A stretch of 64,000 nucleotides of DNA, taken from the NCBI GenBank assembly GCA_027858615.1, contig JAQICJ010000286.1, forward strand, positions 1,926-65,925, read 5' to 3'. Position 1 is the first letter of the stretch; the number at the start of each line of letters is the position of its first letter. This stretch comes from Deltaproteobacteria bacterium. GTDB taxonomy: Bacteria > Myxococcota_A > Polyangia > HGW-17. The notes beneath the pieces were generated by a model, which was not told the DNA's origin, did no database searches, and saw only the letters and a program-made list of their open reading frames with translations. Shown here piece by piece: positions 59,022-64,000 of the stretch. A program made the position numbers and the translations under genes.

Positions 59022-60149
59022 TCAGGTTATTTTGAACAGATAGATACTGCCGTTGTTGAGCAGAGCGGCAATTAAATTATTGAAAATAGCAAAATTGGAA
59101 GAGATTCCATCTCCGGGATCAAAGCGTTGATAGAAAAAGCCGTTGTCCGGGTTCAGGGCAATGATTCCACCCTGGTCAAAGGGAATGATCATTCTTTTGC
59201 CCTTGACAACAATTTTACCAGGGGTGCCCAGATCGATATTTTGTCTCCAGATAAGTTTTCCTGAAGTATTAAGGCAGTGAATCCCCTTGCTGGGAGAAAC
59301 AAAATATATTTTATCCTTATGGAGGGTAATGGAGGTAATTCCATAAGCTCGATAATTCCAGATCAATTCTCCGGTATTTTTATCGAGAACACAAAGACCC
59401 TTGTTGTAGGAAGCGGTATATAATTTGTCACCCTTGATCACAGCATCAGCATCAGCATCAATATAGTTTTCTTCGTTGGGATCCTCGAGAGCTTTCTTCC
59501 AGAGGGTCTGTCCCCTTTTTTGCAGATCAACAGCCAGAATTTGTCCGTCTGAAAGCCCCATAAAAAGATGATTGCCATCGATCACAGGGGAAGAATGCCC
59601 CCTTACTGTGTAACCATCTACCGTTTCATTGCGTTTGCTCCAGTGCAGGGAACCATCGTCAACTGCTATGGCATAGAGCATATTTCTGGTTGTGGTTATA
59701 TAGACAACTCCATTTTTATAGACGGGTTTACCGAGAAAGGAACCATATCCCTGGAATTTCCATTTCTTTTTCCCACTGTCTGCATCAACTCCATATAATT
59801 TTCCGCCAATGGTTCCCGCAATAATCAGATTGAATTGTTTGAGATGCAAAGGGGCAGAATTAATGGAAGTTTTCAGATTGGTCGTCCAGAGAGTCTGGCC
59901 TTTGAGATTGAAACAGATTAATTTTCCTTCAGAAGTACCCACAATAATCCGTTTCCCTGTTTTATCAAAAACAGGAGTGGAGAATTCTTCATTTTTTTGA
60001 CTGAAACGCTGATGTTTGACCAGTTTTTTACTCCAGAGAGGAACAATGACCTTTCTGGGACTTACTTCGCCGTTTCTCACCTGGTGCATGGTGGGCGAAA
60101 CACAGGAGTTTAATATAATCAGAGTTAGGAAGGCAATTAGATATTTCAT
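59022..60149 (-). CDS. bamB: PQQ-like beta-propeller lipoprotein (BamB-like)
   Basis: Lipobox LNSC. Repeated G.L(Y/I).(V/L)D...G...W units (KLYGVDADSGKKKWKF, QILAVDLQKRGQTLWK, LCVLDKNTGELIWNY). Confidence 0.65.
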   Translation of the reverse strand: MKYLIAFLTLIILNSCVSPTMHQVRNGEVSPRKVIVPLWSKKLVKHQRFSQKNEEFSTPVFDKTGKRIIVGTSEGKLICFNLKGQTLWTTNLKTSINSAPLHLKQFNLIIAGTIGGKLYGVDADSGKKKWKFQGYGSFLGKPVYKNGVVYITTTRNMLYAIAVDDGSLHWSKRNETVDGYTVRGHSSPVIDGNHLFMGLSDGQILAVDLQKRGQTLWKKALEDPNEENYIDADADAVIKGDKLYTASYNKGLCVLDKNTGELIWNYRAYGITSITLHKDKIYFVSPSKGIHCLNTSGKLIWRQNIDLGTPGKIVVKGKRMIIPFDQGGIIALNPDNGFFYQRFDPGDGISSNFAIFNNLIAALLNNGSIYLFKIT

Positions 60150-60181
60150 GAAAGAACAGTTTACCTTTTTTGGATGTGAAA

Positions 60182-61216
60182 TTATTTGTTTTTATCCTGT
60201 GGTTCAGGAATGGGTTGCTTATTTCCTGAATCTATTTCAGCCATATTGGCCTGGGATTTGTAATCAAGACCCAGTTCAAGAAACTGGAGTCGTTTTGAAG
60301 CATAATGACCGGGATCGGTGATAGCTGCACTGCTTTTCAGAGCTCTCAACTGGCTTTGATATCTATACAGATTCATTTGCAGTGATTGAATAAGTTTGGG
60401 ATTCTTTTTGAATTCAGGGCTGAGGGTCAAGGACTGCATCTGGTTGATCATGGTTTGAAGTTCAGCTTCTTTGGCCGCCAGTCTGCCGGTAGATTTTTGT
60501 TTGACTACATGTTTATACATCTCAATAGCTTCTTTGGTTTTTCCCTGTAATTCAAGAACTCTGGCCTTATGCAACATAGATTGTCCGAAATAAAGATCGT
60601 TGTAACTGGTTCCGAATTTATGGAAGGCTGCTTTGGCCTGTTCGTATTTTCCTGATTCTTCATAGGCAATACCCAGGTTTTCATAGGCTACAGCCTTGAC
60701 AAAACCTTTCACGTTATTGCTGGCAACCTGGAAATCACCAATGGCAGCCTGAAGATAGATGTCGGCCTTTTCCTTTTCGAGGTTGGAAAGTTTTAAACTT
60801 GTTTTTCCCCTGAGCAAATAAATAAGATTGCAGACGCTGCTGGAAGAACATTTATCCAGAGCTTTGGAAAAAGCCTGAAATGATTTTTTATATAATTCAA
60901 GGCTGCTTTTGACAGGTTTTCTTTTGCCCTTTTCAATTTTTTCGGATTTATCTTCCTTGTTTTCGGAAGGATCGCGAACGGGGCGAAGCAGGGTGTCAAT
61001 TCCTTTGGTAAAAGCTCTGGATGCTTTTTCGTCTTTCGTATGCTTCAGATAGATGTAGACACTTATTGAAATAGCGATAATTGCAATTATACCAGCGCCA
61101 ATAGTAAGCACTTTCCAGTATTTTTTAACAAATTCCCAGATGTTCATAAAAAATCTGGTGATAGCATCTGGTTTACGCAGTTCTTCTTTTGACATTACAT
61201 GTTTTTTTTGAGCCAC
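60182..61216 (-). CDS. YfgM-like membrane-anchored TPR protein
   Basis: Cytoplasmic N-terminus, single TM (VLTIGAGIIAIIAISISVYIYL) and TPR-like periplasmic domain. Lies directly upstream of the bamB-like gene, as yfgM-bamB does in other bacteria. Confidence 0.55.
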   Translation of the reverse strand: MAQKKHVMSKEELRKPDAITRFFMNIWEFVKKYWKVLTIGAGIIAIIAISISVYIYLKHTKDEKASRAFTKGIDTLLRPVRDPSENKEDKSEKIEKGKRKPVKSSLELYKKSFQAFSKALDKCSSSSVCNLIYLLRGKTSLKLSNLEKEKADIYLQAAIGDFQVASNNVKGFVKAVAYENLGIAYEESGKYEQAKAAFHKFGTSYNDLYFGQSMLHKARVLELQGKTKEAIEMYKHVVKQKSTGRLAAKEAELQTMINQMQSLTLSPEFKKNPKLIQSLQMNLYRYQSQLRALKSSAAITDPGHYASKRLQFLELGLDYKSQANMAEIDSGNKQPIPEPQDKNK

Positions 61217-61351
61217 TTTTATAACTCCGGTTGGTATTCAGGATTAATCTGGAAAACAAACAGTCCCTGGTTTGGATGCTAAATCGCAACCTTATAAGGA
61301 CAAGAACTCTATTTATAATTGATTCAGAGAAAATAACAAGATTTTCATCAG

Positions 61352-61395
61352 CCTGTTTACAACATCCATTAAGATTGTGGATGTAAACAGGCTTC
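61352..61395. promoter_or_regulatory. near-perfect 18-bp-stem hairpin (GCCTGTTTACAACATCCA-TTAAGAT-TGTGGATGTAAACAGGC) in the divergent intergenic region
   Basis: Read directly from the sequence. Confidence 0.4.
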
Positions 61396-61757
61396 GTCAC
61401 TGACTCCCACTCTGAAAAGGGTAAAGCACAGGATAAAATTGAACTATCTGCTTCTAACAGAAAATAAACAAAATTCAACATAAATAGCTTCCGTTTTTAC
61501 AACAGGATAAACCTTTCCGGATATTTGCCGAAGGCAGGATATGTCAAAATTTGATTCAGAGAGTAATTATTTCCACTTTCAGATAAAGCTTATGATTTCC
61601 AAACCAGGTATTTAAAAATTATTTACTGTAATCTTTCGAATTATTTACTTGAATAATTTAAGGTAAGATCTTGATATTGATGTTTTGTAAGGTTGCTTGA
61701 AACCTCGGCTCAAAGGTAGTTGTTTTTTCTGAGGATAAGGGGTAAACTGGACGAGTA

Positions 61758-64000
61758 ATGGCTAAACGAAATCTCCTCAAACTGGTTTCTCGAAAACCCG
61801 AGAATTCAGTTGAACGAAAATTTGTCAAAACCCCTAAAAAGAGAAAATTTGAATATAATAAATTTTATATTTTTTTCTTTATTTTGTTTTCGGGGGCTGC
61901 AACTTTCATAGTTGTTGGTCACGGAGACCTTTTCAAAAAAAAACTCCAACGGGAAGATCTCGGCAAAACCATCCAGCAAAATGTCAAAGCAACCAGGAGC
62001 TACAGTTTTTATCCCGACCAGGAAATTATCCAACTTGAAACTGAAAGAGCGGCCAAAAATGTTTTATCCGTATACAGTACTACCCGCAATGCCTGGTTGG
62101 ATCTCTGGCGAAAACAAATAAAATACGGTTTTCGAGCCCTCGAAGATCCCATTTATAAAAACAAGACTGCAGCATCCCGCAAAAGATTCAATTCCCTTAC
62201 TGGAATTGAATTGAAAAAAGATGAATTCTGGACAATTACCAATTCTATAGGCCTCAGAAGAACTCGTAACATTCTGAGACATCTCTTTTCCAAAATTCTG
62301 AAAGACAAAATTCTGACAGAAGATATCGGTAAATTGCAGCAACAGCATCCCCGAGGCATAAAAATACTGGTCTATCCCAGATCAGGAAACAAATTATCCA
62401 AACCCACTTCCATCAAAACAGGTCCCAATTACGAAAAAATCTACGATTTTCGTAAAATCAGAACCCAAATAAGTTCGGAAATTGAATCTCGTTACGGTCT
62501 TGGGGGTAAAAATTCTCTTGAAAGTAATGAACGCAATGCAATTCAAGCTCTGATCATGGGTCTCATCAAAAGCTATCTGGGTAACAGCAAAAAAGAATTC
62601 ACCCTGGGGTTGATTCCCCGCCCTGCCATTACCAGTAAAGACAAAAGAATGATCAGGGAAAAGGTCAGGATTGAAGAGAAAAAAATTGAAAGGGGAGATG
62701 TAATCCTCAAAAAGGGAGAAACCCTTACTCTTTACAAAATCAAACTTTACAACAGTATGATTCCCAGTTTCTGGATCAGGTTGCTGTGGCTCTTTGGATA
62801 TTTTGCTTTGATCTCCTCTTTCTTTTTGATCATTGGCTGGTTTTCCACTTTAAAATTTGGTGGTCGCCGAGGCACCGACAAAGACTTTTTTGTTTCGGGA
62901 CTTCTATTTCTCCTTTTACTGGCTCTTATCCGAGGCTCTCTTTTTATCATCAACGGATTGATTGAAAATCCATCCCCTGAAATTTATCCGGCCATCTTCC
63001 CTGCTGCCGGCTCCGCCCTTTTGATCAAAATTCTCATGGGCACCAGACTTTCAGTGTTTTATTCAATAGGTTTGAGTTTTCTTGGAACCTGGGCTCTAAA
63101 ATTACCGGTTCAATTTTCCCTCTTTTATTTTATCACAGGTTTGGCTGCAGCCGGTACCCTGGATAGGATCGAACATCGGTATGCTATCTGGAAAAGTGGT
63201 TTGATGCTCACGGTGGCCAGTATTTTTCTGGTGGCGGTATTCAGATTGGCCAATGGTGAATTATTGATGATGGAAACCCTCTGGTATTGTTTGTCCGGAG
63301 CAGCGGGAGGAATTATTCTCAGCATTATTATTTCGGCTTTGTTGCCAGTGGTAGAATTTATCGGAGATTATATCACCGATATTAAATTACTGGAACTTAC
63401 CAATACTGATAATCCTCTTTTGCAAAAATTATCGGAAAATGCTCCTGGAACTTATCAGCATTCTCAACAAGTTGCCCAGATTGCTTATGCTGGCGCTAAA
63501 AAAGTTGGAGCCAATGCCATGCTGGTTAAAGTGGCTGCTTTATATCACGATGTTGGCAAAATGAGACAACCTAAATATTTCATTGAAAATCAGGCTGGCG
63601 AAAATCCCCACGATAAATTAAAACCATCCATGAGTGCTCTGGTTATAAGGAATCACATAACCGGAACCAGAGAAATTCTTGATGAATTCGGAATCCCCAA
63701 CGCTGTCATAAATGTTGCTTCATCCCATCATGGCAAAACTTTATTGCAATATTTTTATGCCAAAGCTATAGAAACCACCGGTCCCGAGGAGTCTGTCAGT
63801 GAAGAGGATTATCGTTATCCTGGTCCTTCTCCCCAAACCAGGGAAGCGGGCATTCTGATGTTAGCTGATAGTGTTGAGGCTGCGGTAAGAAGCAAAATAA
63901 AAGGTTCTATTAAAAGCAAACAGCTCAAAATAAAACAATTTGATGTCAATACAATTATTGAAACTGTACAGTTTATCATCAATCAAAAATTTACAGACGG
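61758..64000 (+). CDS. 7TM receptor with intracellular HD/HDIG phosphohydrolase domain (PgpH-like cyclic-di-AMP phosphodiesterase family), 3'-partial; absent from the supplied ORF track
   Basis: Manual translation of the frame from ATG 61758 is open to the window end (over 740 codons). N-terminal extracellular region, about 7 hydrophobic helices, then LYHDVGKMRQP HDIG motif and SSHHGKT. Confidence 0.8.
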   Translation, partial: MAKRNLLKLVSRKPENSVERKFVKTPKKRKFEYNKFYIFFFILFSGAATFIVVGHGDLFKKKLQREDLGKTIQQNVKATRSYSFYPDQEIIQLETERAAKNVLSVYSTTRNAWLDLWRKQIKYGFRALEDPIYKNKTAASRKRFNSLTGIELKKDEFWTITNSIGLRRTRNILRHLFSKILKDKILTEDIGKLQQQHPRGIKILVYPRSGNKLSKPTSIKTGPNYEKIYDFRKIRTQISSEIESRYGLGGKNSLESNERNAIQALIMGLIKSYLGNSKKEFTLGLIPRPAITSKDKRMIREKVRIEEKKIERGDVILKKGETLTLYKIKLYNSMIPSFWIRLLWLFGYFALISSFFLIIGWFSTLKFGGRRGTDKDFFVSGLLFLLLLALIRGSLFIINGLIENPSPEIYPAIFPAAGSALLIKILMGTRLSVFYSIGLSFLGTWALKLPVQFSLFYFITGLAAAGTLDRIEHRYAIWKSGLMLTVASIFLVAVFRLANGELLMMETLWYCLSGAAGGIILSIIISALLPVVEFIGDYITDIKLLELTNTDNPLLQKLSENAPGTYQHSQQVAQIAYAGAKKVGANAMLVKVAALYHDVGKMRQPKYFIENQAGENPHDKLKPSMSALVIRNHITGTREILDEFGIPNAVINVASSHHGKTLLQYFYAKAIETTGPEESVSEEDYRYPGPSPQTREAGILMLADSVEAAVRSKIKGSIKSKQLKIKQFDVNTIIETVQFIINQKFTD

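Noticed and set aside
1-64000. Alternative genetic code (UGA recoding) suggested by AT-richness
   Set aside because: Long conserved genes (pnp, rny, eno, uvrB, purA, plsB) are intact under the standard code with normal stops.

Overview
This is an AT-rich bacterial chromosomal window of about 50 protein genes, 3 tRNAs and a dispersed repeat family. Genes are dense on both strands, several stop/start codons overlap, and TTG/GTG starts appear to be used. The standard genetic code fits, since the long housekeeping ORFs are intact. Housekeeping content: a ribosome-maturation/RNA-decay cluster on the minus strand (DUF503-rbfA-nrnA-truB-rpsO-pnp), the rny-ymdB pair, plsB, eno, glnA, purA, uvrB, an inositol monophosphatase, a HAD-IIA hydrolase and a yfgM-bamB pair. 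Accessory content: two sigma-54 enhancer-binding proteins (one FHA-GAF type), a RomR-like response regulator with a 51-bp tandem repeat, a SWIM/SNF2 helicase, three tandem DsbA-like lipoproteins, a DsbD-thioredoxin fusion, two PD-(D/E)xK (YraN/NERD-like) nuclease-fold proteins, a class-II-like UvrA paralog, a Cys-rich repeat lipoprotein, two AmmeMemoRadiSam-type radical SAM paralogs without their usual partners, and several secreted/lipoprotein hypotheticals. The FHA-sigma54 regulators, RomR-like regulator, Myxo-type Cys repeats, MopE-like motif and many lipoproteins suggest a Bdellovibrionota/Myxococcota-like, possibly predatory, lineage. That is inference only. Two structural points stand out. 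First, a roughly 175-bp element with terminal inverted repeats and a conserved, hairpin-rich core occurs as 3 long and 4 short/solo copies, usually abutting gene stop codons (MITE or REP-like). Second, a class-I tRNA with anticodon CAA sits in tandem with a normal tRNA-Leu(UAA). The ORF track missed a long ORF at the 3' edge (61758 to end, a PgpH-like 7TM-HD protein). The first ORF is also open to the 5' edge. No CRISPR array, integrase, transposase or prophage genes were seen.
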